Assembly (NCBI GenBank): GCA_964036045.1
Contig: OZ038378.1
Location: 119,102,001-119,166,000, forward strand
Origin: Eutreptiella sp. 'Long Island Sound 2002'
Lineage: Eukaryota; Protista; Euglenida
Direction of reading: 5' to 3'
Length of the DNA stretch: 64,000 nucleotides
Notes under the pieces: model-generated
The model's input: the letters and a program-made list of their open reading frames with translations, nothing else
The model's database searches: none
Told to the model about the DNA's origin: nothing
Made by a program: the position numbers and the translations under genes
In this document: one piece after another, positions 46,901-60,800 of the stretch
How the letters are laid out: the number at the start of each line of letters is the position of its first letter
Numbering within the stretch: the first letter of the stretch is position 1

Positions 46901-49900
46901 AAGCAAACAAACGTGTTACGGCAAGGGTGAGAGGCGCCTCACGACATGCAAAAAGAAACAAAGTGTCTCAATTCAGAGATGTAGTCCTCACCATAATGGT
47001 CCCCCCGCCATCATATTGTCATTTTTGCCAAGTTATCATTTCTTTTTTGTGGAACAATACACTGCCTCCCTTCCATTGGGCCGTGAACCATTGTGTCCTC
47101 CTACAGGTGAGCTGATGAGCAAACAAGTGTGTTCCGCAAAGTGTGAGAGGTGCCGCATGACATGCAAAGCGTTTCAACACCAACGGTGTCCCCACTGCAG
47201 AGATGTAGTCCTCACAAAATTGGTCCCTCTGGCTTCATATTGTCATTTTCCCCTGTGTTCATTTGTTATTTTTGGAATTGTAGGGTGTAGGGGACCCCCC
47301 ACGGGTTAAGGGTTATATAGCCAATGCCCCCATTTGTGGGCCACTTGTGATGTTCTCCCTCGATGTGGGGCGTTGGGAACCCCCTAACAACAAGTGTAAT
47401 GTAGCAAGGAAAAATGAGTTGGGGTCCTTTCCATTGAGCCATGAACCATTGTGTCGTCCCCCCCTTGAGCTGCTAGGCAAGCAAACGTGTTACGGGAAGG
47501 TTGGGAGGTCATGCAAAAGAGTTCAAGAAAAATGGTGTCTCAGTTCAAAGATGTAGTCCTCACAACAATGGTCCCTCCGGCTTCGGATTGTCATTTTTGC
47601 CCAGTTCTCATTTGTTCTTCATGGAAAATTTTTTTTCGTCCCTCCCGTTGGACCGTGAACCATTGTGTCCTCCGAGAGGTGAGCTAGTGAGCAAACAAAT
47701 GTGTTCCGCAAAGTGTGAGAGGTGCCGCATGACATGCAAAAGCTTTTCAACACCAACAGCATCCCCACTCCGGAGATGTAGTCCTCACAACATTGGTCCC
47801 CTGGCTTCATAGTGTCATTTTTGCGGTATGTCTCACTTGTTTTGTCGGAATTGTAAAACGTAGGGGACCTTCCATTGGGTAGGGGTTATATAGCTACTGC
47901 CCCCATTTGTGGGCCCCTTTTGATGTTCTCCCGCAATGTGAGGTGTTGGGGACCCACTAAGATCCAGGGTAATGTTGCAAAAAAAAAAACCGAGCTGCGG
48001 TCCTTTCCGTTGGGCCTTGAACCATTGTATCCTCCCCCCGGTGAGTTGCTAAGCAAACAAACGTGTTACGGAAAGGGTGTGAGGCGCCTCACGACATGCA
48101 AAAAGAAACAAAAGGTCTCAATTCAGAGATGTAGTCCTCACCATAATGGTCCCCCCGCCTTCATATTGTCATTTTTGCCAAGTTATCATTTCTTTTTTGT
48201 GGAACAATTCACTGCCTCCCTTCCATTGGGCCGTGAACCATTGTGTCCTCCTACGGGTGAGCTGATGAGCAAACAAGTGTGTTCCGCAAAGTGTGAGAGG
48301 TGCCGCATGACATGCAAAGCGTTTCAACACCAACGGCGTCCCCACTGCAGAGATGTAGTCCTCACAAAATTGGTCCCTCTGGCTTCATGTTGTCATTTTC
48401 CCCTGTGTTCATTTGTTATTTTTGGAATTGTAGGGTGTAGGGGACCCCCCACGGGTTAAGGGTTATATAGCTAATGCCCCCATTTGTGGGCCACTTGTGA
48501 TGTTCTCCCTCGATGTGGGGCGTTGGGAACCCCCTAACAACAAGTGTAATGTAGCAAGGAAAAATGAGTTGGGGTCCTTTCCATTGAGCCATGAACCATT
48601 GTGCCGTCCCCCCCTTGAGCTGCTAGGCAAGCAAACGTGTTACGGGAAGGTTGGGAGGTCATGCAAAAGAGTTCAAGAAAAATGGTGTCTCAGTTCAAAG
48701 ATGTAGTCCTCACAACAATGGTCCCTTTGGGTTTAGATTGCCATTTTTGCCCAGTTTTCATTTGTTCTTCATGGAAAAATTTGTTTCGTCCCTCCCGTTG
48801 GACCGTGAACCATTGTGTCCTCCCAGAGGTGAGCTAGTGAGCAAACAAATGTGTTCCGCAAAGTGTGAGAGGTGCCGCATGACATGCAAAAGCTTTTCAA
48901 CACCAACAGCATCCCCACTCCGGAGATGTAGTCCTCACAACATTGGTCCCCCTGGCTTCATAGTGTCATTTTTGCGGTATGTCTCACTTGTTTTTTCGAA
49001 ATTGTAAAACGTAGGGGAGCTTCCATTGGGTAGGGGTTATATAGCTACTGCCCCCATTTGTGGGCCCCTTTTGATGTTCTCCCGCAATTTGAGGTGTTGG
49101 GGACCCACTAAGAGCCAGGGTAATGTTGCAGAAAAAAAAAAACCGAGCTGCGGTCCTTTCCGTTGGGCCTTGAACCATTGTATCCTCCCCCCGGTGAGTT
49201 GCTAAGCAAACAAACGTGTTACGGAAAGGGTGAGAGGCGCCTCACGACATGCAAAAAGAAACAAAAGGTCTCAATTCAGAGATGTAGTCCTCACCATAAT
49301 GGTCCCCCCGCCTTCATATTGTCATTTTTGCCAAGTTATCATTTCTTTTTTGTGGAACAATACGCTGCCTCCCTTCCATTGGGCCGTGAACCATTGTGTC
49401 CTCCTACAGGTGAGCTGATGAGCAAACAAGTGTGTTCCGCAAAGTGTGAGAGGTGCCGCATGACATGCAAAGCGTTTCAACACCAACGGCGTCCCCACTG
49501 CAGAGATGTAGTCCTCACAAAATTGGTCCCTCTGGCTTCATGTTGTCATTTTCCCCTGTGTTCATTTGTTATTTTTGGAATTGTAGGGTGTAGGGGACCC
49601 CCCACGGGTTAAGGGTTATATAGCTAATGCCCCCATTTGTGGGCCACTTGTGATGTTCTCCCTCGATGTGGGGCGTTGGGAACCCCCTAACAACAAGTGT
49701 AATGTAGCAAGGAAAAATGAGTTGGGGTCCTTTCCATTGAGCCATGAACCATTGTGCCGTCCCCCCCTTGAGCTGCTAGGCAAGCAAACGTGTTACGGGA
49801 AGGTTGGGAGGTCATGCAAAAGAGTTCAAGAAAAATGGTGTCTCAGTTCAAAGATGTAGTCCTCACAACAATGGTCCCTTTGGGTTTAGATTGCCATTTT

Positions 49901-52900
49901 TGCCCAGTTTTCATTTGTTCTTCATGGAAAAATTTGTTTCGTCCCTCCCGTTGGACCGTGAACCATTGTGTCCTCCCAGAGGTGAGCTAGTGAGCAAACA
50001 AATGTGTTCCGCAAAGTGTGAGAGGTGCCGCATGACATGCAAAAGCTTTTCAACACCAACAGCATCCCCACTCCGGAGATGTAGTCCTCACAACATTGGT
50101 CCCCCTGGCTTCATAGTGTCATTTTTGCGGTATGTCTCACTTGTTTTTTCGGAATTGTAAAACGTAGGGGACCTTCCATTGGGTAGGGGTTATATAGCTA
50201 CTGCCCCCATTTGTGGGCCCCTTTTGATGTTCTCCCGCAATTTGAGGTGTTGGGGACCCACTAAGAGCAAGGGTAATGTTGCAAAAAAAAAAACCGAGCT
50301 GCGGTCCTTTCCGTTGGGCCTTGAACCATTGTATCCTCCCCCCGGTGAGTTGCTAAGCAAACAAACGTGTTACGGAAAGGGTGAGAGGCGCCTCACGACA
50401 TGCAAAAAGAAACAAAAGGTCTCAATTCAGAGATGTAGTCCTCACCATAATGGTCCCCCCGCCTTCATATTGTCATTTTTGCCAAGTTATCATTTCTTTT
50501 TTGTGGAACAATACGCTGCCTCCCTTCCATTGGGCCGTGAACCATTGTGTCCTCCTACAGGTGAGCTGATGAGCAAACAAGTGTGTTCCGCAAAGTGTGA
50601 GAGGTGCCGCATGACATGCAAAGCGTTTCAACACCAACGGTGTCCCCACTGCAGAGATGTAGTCCTCACAAAATTGGTCCCTCTGGCTTCATATTGTCAT
50701 TTTCCCCTGTGTTCATTTGTTATTTTTGGAATTGTAGGGTGTAGGGGACCCCCCACGGGTTAAGGGTTATATAGCTAATGCCCCCATTTGTGGGCCACTT
50801 GTGATGTTCTCCCTCGATGTGGGGCGTTGGGAACCCCCTAACAACAAGTGTAATGTAGCAAGGAAAAATGAGTTGGGGTCCTTTCCATTGAGCCATGAAC
50901 CATTGTGTCGTCCCCCCCTTGAGCTGCTAGGCAAGCAAACGTGTTACAGGAAGGTTGGGAGGTCATGCAAAAGAGTTCAAGAAAAATGGTGTCTCAGTTC
51001 AAAGATGTAGTCCTCACAAGAATGGTCCCTCCGGCTTCGGATTGTCATTTTTGCCCAGTTCTCATTTGTTTTTCGTGGAAAAATTTGTTTCGTCCCTCCC
51101 GTTGGACCGTGAACCATTGTGTCCTCCCAGAGGTGAGCTAGTGAGCAAACAAATGTGTTCCGCAAAGTGTGAGAGGTGCCGCATGAGATGCAAAAGCTTT
51201 TCAACACCAACGGCATCCCCACTCCGAAGATGTATTCCTCACAACATTGGTCCCCCCGGCTTCATAGTGTCATTTTTGCGGTATGTCTCACTTGTTTTTT
51301 CGGAATTGTAAAACGTAGGGGACCTTCCATTGGGTAGGGGTTATATAGCTACTGCCCCCATTTGTGGGCCCCTTTTGATGTTCTCCCGCAATGTGAGGTG
51401 TTGGGGACCCACTAAGATCCAGGGTAATGTTGCAAAAAAAAAATGAGATGCGGTCCTTTCCGTTGGGCCTTGAACCATTGTATCCCCCCGCCGGTGAGTT
51501 GCTAAGCAAACAAACGTGTTACGGAAAGGGTGTGAGGCGCCTCACGACATGCAAAAAAAAACAAAGTGTCTCAATTCAGAGATGTAGTCCTCACCATAAT
51601 GGTCCCCCCGCCTTCATATTGTCATTTTTGCCAAATTATCATTTCTTTTTTGTGGAACAATTCGCTGCCTCCCTTCCATTGGGCCGTGAACCATTGTGTC
51701 CTCCTAGAGGTGAGCTGATGAGCAAACAAGTGTGTTCCGCAAAGTGTGAGAGGTGCCGCATGACATGCAAAGCGTTTCAACACCAACGGTGTCCCCACTG
51801 CAGAGATGTAGTCCTCACAAAATTGGTCCCTTTGGCTTCATATTGTCATTTTCCCCCTGTGTTCATTTGTTATTTTTGGAATTGTAGGGTGTAGGGGACC
51901 CCCCACGGGTTAAGGGTTATATAGCTAATGCCCCCATTTGTGGGCCACTTGTGATGTTCTCCCTCGATGTGAGGCGTTGGGAACCCCCTAACAACAAGTG
52001 TAATGTAGCAAGGAAAAATGAATTGGGGTCCTTTCCATTGAGCCATGAACCATTGTGTCGTCCCCCCCTTGAGCTGCTAGGCAAGCAAACGTGTTACGGG
52101 AAGGTTGAGAGGTCATGCAAAAGAGTTCAAGAAAAATGGTGTCTCAGTTCAAAGATGTAGTCCTCACAACAATGGTCCCTCCGGCTTCGGATTGTGATTT
52201 TTGCCCAGTTTTCATTTGTTCTTCATGGAAAAATTTGCTTCGTCCCTCCCGTTGGACCGTGAACCATTGTGTCCTCCCAGAGGTGAGCTAGTGAGCAAAC
52301 AAATGTGTTCCGCAAAGTGTGAGAGGTGCCGCATGACATGCAAAAGCTTTTCAACACCAACGGCGTCCCCACTCCGAAGATGTATTCCTCACAACATTGG
52401 TCCCCCCGGCTTCATAGTGTCATTTTTGCGGTATGTCTCACTTGTTTTTTCGGAATTGTAAAACGTAGGGGACCTTCCATTGGGTAGGGGTTATATAGCT
52501 ACTGCCCCCATTTGTGGGCCCCTTTTGATGTTCTCCCGCAATGTGAGGTGTTGGGGACCCACTAAGATCCAGGGTAATGTTGCAAAAAAAAAAAAGAGAT
52601 GCGGTCCTTTCCGTTGGGCCTTGAACCATTGTATCCCCCCGCCGGTGAGTTGCTAAGCAAACAAACGTGTTACGGAAAGGGTGTGAGGCGCCTCACGACA
52701 TGCAAAAAGAAACAAAGTGTCTCACTTCAGAGATGTAGTCCTCACCATAATGGTCCCCCCGCCTTCATATTGTCATTTTTGCCAAATTATCATTTCTTTT
52801 TTGTGGAACAATTCGCTGCCTCCCTTCCATTGGGCCGTGAACCATTGTGTCCTCCTAGAGGTGAGCTGATGAGCAAACAAGTGTGTTCCGCAAAGTGTGA

Positions 52901-55900
52901 GAGGTGCCGCATGACATGCAAAGCGTTTCAACACCAACGGTGTCCCCACTGCAGAGATGTAGTCCTCACAAAATTGGTCCCTTTGGCTTCATATTGTCAT
53001 TTTCCCCCTGTGTTCATTTGTTATTTTTGGAATTGTAGGGTGTAGGGGACCCCCCACGGGTTAAGGGTTATATAGCTAATGCCCCCATTTGTGGGCCACT
53101 TGTGATGTTCTCCCTCGATGTGAGGCGTTGGGAACCCCCTAACAACAAGTGTAATGTAGCAAGGAAAAATGAATTGGGGTCCTTTCCATTGAGCCATGAA
53201 CCATTGTGTCGTCCCCCCCTTGAGCTGCTAGGCAAGCAAACGTGTTACGGGAAGGTTGAGAGGTCATGCAAAAGAGTTCAAGAAAAATGTTGTCTCATTT
53301 CAAAGATGTAGTCCTCACAACAATGGTCCCTCCGGCTTCGGATTGTGATTTTTGCCCAGTTTTCATTTGTTCTTCATGGAAAAATTTGCTTCGTCCTCCC
53401 GTTGGACCGTGAACCATTGTGTCCTCCCAGAGGTGAGCTAGTGAGCAAACAAATGTGTTCCGCAAAGTGTGAGAGGTGCCGCATGACATGCAAAAGCTTT
53501 TCAACACCAACGGCATCCCCACTCCGAAGATGTATTCCTCACAACATTGGTCCCCCCGGCTTCATAGTGTCATTTTTGCGGTATGTCTCACTTGTTTTTT
53601 CGGAATTGTAAAACGTAGGGGACCTTCCATTGGGTAGGGGTTATATAGCTACTGCCCCCATTTGTGGGCCCCTTTTGATGTTCTCCCGCAATGTGAGGTG
53701 TTGGGGACCCACTAAGATCCAGGGTAATGTTGCAAAAAAAAAAATGAGATGCGGTCCTTTCCGTTGGGCCTTGAACCATTGTATCCCCCCGCCGGTGAGT
53801 TGCTAAGCAAACAAACGTGTTACGGAAAGGGTGTGAGGCGCCTCACGACATGCAAAAAGAAACAAAGTGTCTCACTTCAGAGATGTAGTCCTCACCATAA
53901 TGGTCCCCCCGCCTTCATATTGTCATTTTTGCCAAATTATCATTTCTTTTTTGTGGAACAATTCGCTGCCTCCCTTCCATTGGGCCGTGAACCATTGTGT
54001 CCTCCTAGAGGTGAGCTGATGAGCAAACAAGTGTGTTCCGCAAAGTGTGAGAGGTGCCGCATGACATGCAAAGCGTTTCAACACCAACGGTGTCCCCACT
54101 GCAGAGATGTAGTCCTCACAAAATTGGTCCCTTTGGCTTCATATTGTCATTTTCCCCCTGTGTTCATTTGTTATTTTTGGAATTGTAGGGTGTAGGGGAC
54201 CCCCCACGGGTTAAGGGTTATATAGCTAATGCCCCCATTTGTGGGCCACTTGTGATGTTCTCCCTCGATGTGAGGCGTTGGGAACCCCCTAACAACAAGT
54301 GTAATGTAGCAAGGAAAAATGAATTGGGGTCCTTTCCATTGAGCCATGAACCATTGTGTCGTCCCCCCCTTGAGCTGCTAGGCAAGCAAACGTGTTACGG
54401 GAAGGTTGAGAGGTCATGCAAAAGAGTTCAAGAAAAATGGTGTCTCAGTTCAAAGATGTAGTCCTCACAACAATGGTCCCTCCGGCTTCGGATTGTGATT
54501 TTTGCCCAGTTTTCATTTGTTCTTCATGGAAAAATTTGCTTCGTCCTCCCGTTGGACCGTGAACCATTGTGTCCTCCCAGAGGTGAGCTAGTGAGCAAAC
54601 AAATGTGTTCCGCAAAGTGTGAGAGGTGCCGCATGACATGCAAAAGCTTTTCAACACCAACGGCATCCCCACTCCGAAGATGTATTCCTCACAACATTGG
54701 TCCCCCCGGCTTCATAGTGTCATTTTTGCGGTATGTCTCACTTGTTTTTTCGGAATTGTAAAACGTAGGGGACCTTCCATTGGGTAGGGGTTATATAGCT
54801 ACTGCCCCCATTTGTGGGCCCCTTTTGATGTTCTCCCGCAATGTGAGGTGTTGGGGACCCACTAAGAGCAAGGGTAATGTTGCAAAAAAAAAATGAGCCG
54901 CGGTCCTTTCCGTTGGGCCTTGAACCATTGTATCCCCCCCCCGGTGAGTTGCTAAGCAAACAAACGTGTTACGGAAAGGGTGTGAGGCGCCTCACGACAT
55001 GCAAAAAGAAACAAAGTGTCTCAATTCAGAGATGTAGTCCTCACCATAATGGTCCCCCCGCCTTCATATTGTCATTTTTGCCAGATTATCATTTCTTTTT
55101 TGTGGAACAATTCGCTGCCTCCCTTCCATTGGGCCGTGAACCATTGTGTCCTCCTAGAGGTGAGCTGATGAGCAAACAAGTGTGTTCCGCAAAGTGTGAG
55201 AGGTGCCGCATGACATGCAAAGCGTTTCAACAGCAACGGTGTCCCCACTGCAGAGATGTAGTCCTCACAAAATTGGTCCCTCTGGCTTCATATTGTCATT
55301 TCCCCCCTGTGTTCATTTGTTATTTTTGGAATTGTAGGGTGTAGGGGACCCCCCACGGGTTAAGGGTTATATAGCTAATGCCCCCATTTGTGGGCCACTT
55401 GTGATGTTCTCCCTCGATGTGAGGCGTTGGGAACCCCCTAACAACAAGTGTAATGTAGCAAGGAAAAATGAATTGGGGTCCTTTCCATTGAGCCATGAAC
55501 CATTGTGTCGTCCCCCCCTTGAGCTGCTAGGCAAGCAAACGTGTCGCGGGAAGGTTGAGAGGTCATGCAAAAGAGTTCAAGAAAAATGGTGTCTCAGTTC
55601 AAAGATGTAGTCCTCACAACAATGGTCCCTCCGGCTTCGGATTGTGATTTTTGCCCAGTTTTCATTTGTTCTTCATGGAAAAATTTGCTTCGTCCTCCCG
55701 TTGGACCGTGAACCATTGTGTCCTCCCAGAGGTGAGCTAGTGAGCAAACAAATGTGTTCCGCAAAGTGTGAGAGGTGCCGCATGACATGCAAAAGCTTTT
55801 CAACACCAACGGCATCCCCACTCCGAAGATGTATTCCTCACAACATTGGTCCCCCCGGCTTCATAGTGTCATTTTTGCGGTATGTCTCACTTGTTTTTTC

Positions 55901-57869
55901 GGAATTGTAAAACGTAGGGGACCTTCCATTGGGTAGGGGTTATATAGCTACTGCCCCCATTTGTGGGCCCCTTTTGATGTTCTCCCGCAATGTGAGGTGT
56001 TGGGGACCCACTAAGATCCAGGGTAATGTTGCAAAAAAAAAAAAGAGATGCGGTCCTTTCCGTTGGGCCTTGAACCATTGTATCCCCCCGCCGGTGAGTT
56101 GCTAAGCAAACAAACGTGTTACGGAAAGGGTGTGAGGCGCCGCACGACATGCAAAAAGAAACAAAGTGTCTCAATTCAGAGATGTAGTCCTCACCATAAT
56201 GGTCCCCCCGCCTTCATATTGTCATTTTTGCCAAATTATCATTTCTTTTTTGTGGAACAATTCGCTGCCTCCCTTCCATTGGGCCGTGAACCATTGTGTC
56301 CTCCTAGAGGTGAGCTGATGAGCAAACAAGTGTGTTCCGCAAAGTGTGAGAGGTGCCGCATGACATGCAAAGCGTTTCAACACCAACGGTGTCCCCACTG
56401 CAGAGATGTAGTCCTCACAAAATTGGTCCCTTTGGCTTCATATTGTCATTTTCCCCCTGTGTTCATTTGTTATTTTTGGAATTGTAGGGTGTAGGGGACC
56501 CCCCACGGGTTAAGGGTTATATAGCTAATGCCCCCATTTGTGGGCCACTTGTGATGTTCTCCCTCGATGTGAGGCGTTGGGAACCCCCTAACAACAAGTG
56601 TAATGTAGCAAGGAAAAATGAATTGGGGTCCTTTCCATTGAGCCATGAACCATTGTGTCGTCCCCCCCTTGAGCTGCTAGGCAAGCAAACGTGTTACGGG
56701 AAGGTTGAGAGGTCATGCAAAAGAGTTCAAGAAAAATGGTGTCTCAGTTCAAAGATGTAGTCCTCACAACAATGGTCCCTCCGGCTTCGGATTGTGATTT
56801 TTGCCCAGTTTTCATTTGTTCTTCATGGAAAAATTTGCTTCGTCCTCCCGTTGGACCGTGAACCATTGTGTCCTCCCAGAGGTGAGCTAGTGAGCAAACA
56901 AATGTGTTCCGCAAAGTGTGAGAGGTGCCGCATGACATGCAAAAGCTTTTCAACACCAACGGCATCCCCACTCCGAAGATGTATTCCTCACAACATTGGT
57001 CCCCCCGGCTTCATAGTGTCATTTTTGCGGTATGTCTCACTTGTTTTTTCGGAATTGTAAAACGTAGGGGACCTTCCATTGGGTAGGGGTTATATAGCTA
57101 CTGCCCCCATTTGTGGGCCCCTTTTGATGTTCTCCCGCAATGTGAGGTGTTGGGGACCCACTAAGAGCAAGGGTAATGTTGCAAAAAAAAAATGAGCTGC
57201 GGTCCTTCCCGTTGGGCCTTGAACCATTGTATCCCCCCACCGGTGAGTTGCTAAGCAAACAAACGTGTTACGGAAAGGGTGTGAGGCGCCTCACGACATG
57301 CAAAAAGAAACAAAGTGTCTCAATTCACAGATGTAGTCCTCACCATAATGTTCCCCCCGCCTTCATATTGTCATTTTTGCCAAATTATCATTTCTTTTTT
57401 GTGGAACAATTCGCTGCCTCCCTTCCATTGGGCCGTGAACCATTGTGTCCTCCTAGAGGTGAGCTGATGAGCAAACAAGTGTGTTCCGCAAAGTGTGAGA
57501 GGTGCCGCATGACATGCAAAGCGTTTCAACACCAACGGTGTCCCCACTGCAGAGATGTAGTCCTCACAAAATTGGTCCCTCTGGCTTCATATTGTCATTT
57601 CCCCCCTGTGTTCATTTGTTATTTTTGGAATTGTAGGGTGTAGGGGACCCCCCACGGGTTAAGGGTTATATAGCTAATGCCCCCATTTGTGGGCCACTTG
57701 TGATGTTCTCCCTCGATGTGGGGCGTTGGGAACCCCCTAACAACAAGTGTAATGTAGCAAGGAAAAATGAGTTCGGGTCCTTTCCATTGAGCCATGAACC
57801 ATTGTGTCGTCCCCCCCTTGAGCTGCTAGGCAAGCAAACGTGTTACAGGAAGGTTGGGAGGTCATGCAA

Positions 57870-60800
57870 AAGAGTTCAAGAAAAATGGTGTCTCAGTTCA
57901 AAGATGTAGTCCTCACAAGAATGGTCCCTCCGGCTTCGGATTGTGATTTTTGCCCAGTTCTCATTTGTTTTTGGTGGAAAAATTTGTTTCGTCCCTCCCG
58001 TTGGACCGTGAACCATTGTGTCCTCCCAGAGGTGCGCTAGTGAGCAAACAAATGTGTTCCGCAAAGTGTGAGAGGTGCCGCATGACATGCAAAAGCTTTT
58101 CAACACCAACGGCATCCCCACTCCGAAGATGTATTCCTCACAACATTGGTCCCCCCGGCTTCATAGTGTCATTTTTGCGGTATGTCTCACTTGTTTTTTT
58201 CGGAATTGTAAAACGTAGGGGACCTTCCATTGGGTAGGGGTTATATAGCTACTGCCCCCATTTGTGGGCCCCTTTTGATGTTCTCGCGCAATGTGAGTTG
58301 TTGGGGACCCACCAAGAGCAAGGGTAATGTTGCAAAAAAAAAATGAGCTGCGGTCCTTTCCGTTGGGCCTTGAACCATTGTATCCTCCCCCGGTGAGTTG
58401 CTAAGCAAACAAACGTGTTATGGAAAGGGTGTGAGGCGCCTCACAACATGCAAAAAGAAACAAAGTGTCTCAATTCAGAGATGTAGTCCTCACCATAATG
58501 GTCCCCCCGCCTTCATATTGTCTTTTTTGCCAAATTATCATTTCTTTTTTGTGGAACAATTCGCTGCCTCCCTTCCATTGGGCCGTGACCCATTGTGTCC
58601 TCCTAGAGGTGAGCTGATGAGCAAACAAGTGTGTTCCGCAAAGTGTGAGAGGTGCCGCATGACATGCAAAAGCTTTTCAACACCAACAGCATACCCACTC
58701 CGAAGATGTATTCCTCACAACATTGGTCCCCCTGGCTTCATAGTGTCATTTTTGCGGTATGTCTCACTTGTTTTTTCGGAATTGTAAAACGTAGGGGACC
58801 TTCCATTGGGTAGGGGTTATATAGCTACTGCCCCCATTTGTGGGCGACTTTTGATGTTCTTCCGCAATGTGAGGTGTTGGGGACCCAGTAAAATCAAGGG
58901 TAATGTTGCAAAAAAAAAAGCTGCGCTGCGGTCCTTTCCGTTGGGCCTTGAACCATTGTATCCTCCCCCTGGTGAGTTGCTAAGCAAACAAACGTGTTAC
59001 GGAAAGGGTGTGAGGCGCCTCACGACACGCAAAAAGAAACAAAGTGTCTCAATTCACAGATGTAGTCCTCACCATAATGGTCCCCCCGCCTTCATATTGT
59101 CATTTTTGCCAAATTATCATTTCTTTTTTGTGGAACAATTCGCTGCCTCCCTTCCATTGGGCCATGAACCATTGTGTCCTCCTAGAGGTGAGCTGATGAG
59201 CAAACAAGTGTGTTCCGCAAAGTGTGAGAGGTGCCGCATGACATGCAAAGCGCTTCAACACCAACGGTGTCCCCACTGCAGAGATGTAGTCCTCACAAAA
59301 TTGGTCCCTCTGGCTTCATATTGTCATTTCCCCCTGTGTTCATTTGTTATTTTTGGAATTGTAGGGTGTAGGGGACCCCCCACGGGTTAAGGGTTATATA
59401 GCTAATGCCCCCATTTGTGGGCCACTTGTGATGTTCTCCCTCGATGTGGGGCGTCAGGAACCCCCTAACAACAAGTGTAATGTAGCAAGGAAAAATGAGT
59501 TGGGGTCCTTTCCATTGAGCCATGAACCATTGGGTCGTCACCCCCTTGAGCTGCTAGGCAAGCATACGTGTTACGGGAAGGTTGGGAGGTCATGCAAAAG
59601 AGTTCAAGAAAAATGGTGTCTCAGTTCAAAGATGTAGTCCTCACAAGAATGGTCCCTCCGGCTTCGGATTGTCATTTTTGCCCAGTTCTCATTTGTTTTT
59701 CGTGGAAAAATTTGTTTCGTCCCTCCCGTTGGACCGTGAACTATTGTGTCCTCCCAGAGGTGAGCTAGTGAGCAAACAAATGTGTTCCGCAAAGTGTGAG
59801 AGGTGCCGCATGAGATGCAAAAGCTTTTCAACACCAACGGCATCCCCACTCCGAAGATGTATTCCTCACAACATTGGTCCCCCCGGCTTCATAGTGTCAT
59901 TTTTGCGGTATGTCTCACTTGTTTTTTCGGAATTGTAAAACGTAGGGGACCTTCCATTGGGTAGGGGTTATATAGCTATTGCCCCCATTTGTGGGCCCCT
60001 TTTGATGTTCTTCCGCAATGTGAGGTGTTGGGGACCCACTAAGAGCAAGGGTAATGTTGCAAAAAAAAAAATGAGCTGCGGTCCTTTCCGTTGGGCCTTG
60101 AACCATTGTATCCCCCCCCCGGTGAGTTGCTAAGCAAACAAACGTGTTACGGAAAGGGTGTGAGGCGCCTCACGACATGCAAAAAGAAACAAAGTGTCTC
60201 AATTCAGAGATGTAGTCCTCACCATAATGGTCCCCCCGCCTTCATATTGTCATTTTTGCCAAATTATCATTTCTTTTTTGTGGAACAATTCGCTGCCTCC
60301 CTTCCATTGGGCCGTGAACCATTGTGTCCTCCTAGAGGTGAGCTGATGAGCAAACAAGTGTGTTCCGCAAAGTGTGAGAGGTGCCGCATGACATGCAAAG
60401 CGTTTCAACACCAACGGTGTCCCCACTGCAGAGATGTGGTCCTCACAAAATTGGTCCCTCTGGCTTCATATTGTCATTTTCCCCCTGTGTTCATTTGTTA
60501 TTTTTGGAATTGTAGGGTGTAGGGGACCCCCCACGGGTTCAGGGTTATATAGCTAATGCCCCCATTTGTGGGCCACTTGTGATGTTCTCCCTCGATGTGG
60601 GGCGTTGGGAACCCCCTAACAACGGTGTAATGTAGCAAGGAAAAATGAGTTGGGGTCCTTTCCATTGAGCCATGAACCATTGTGTCGTCCCCCCCTTGAG
60701 CTGCTAGGCAAGCAAACGTGTTACGGGAAGGTTGAGAGGTCATGCAAAAGAGTTCAAGAAAAATGGTGTCTCAGTTCAAAGATGTAGTCCTCACAAGAAT

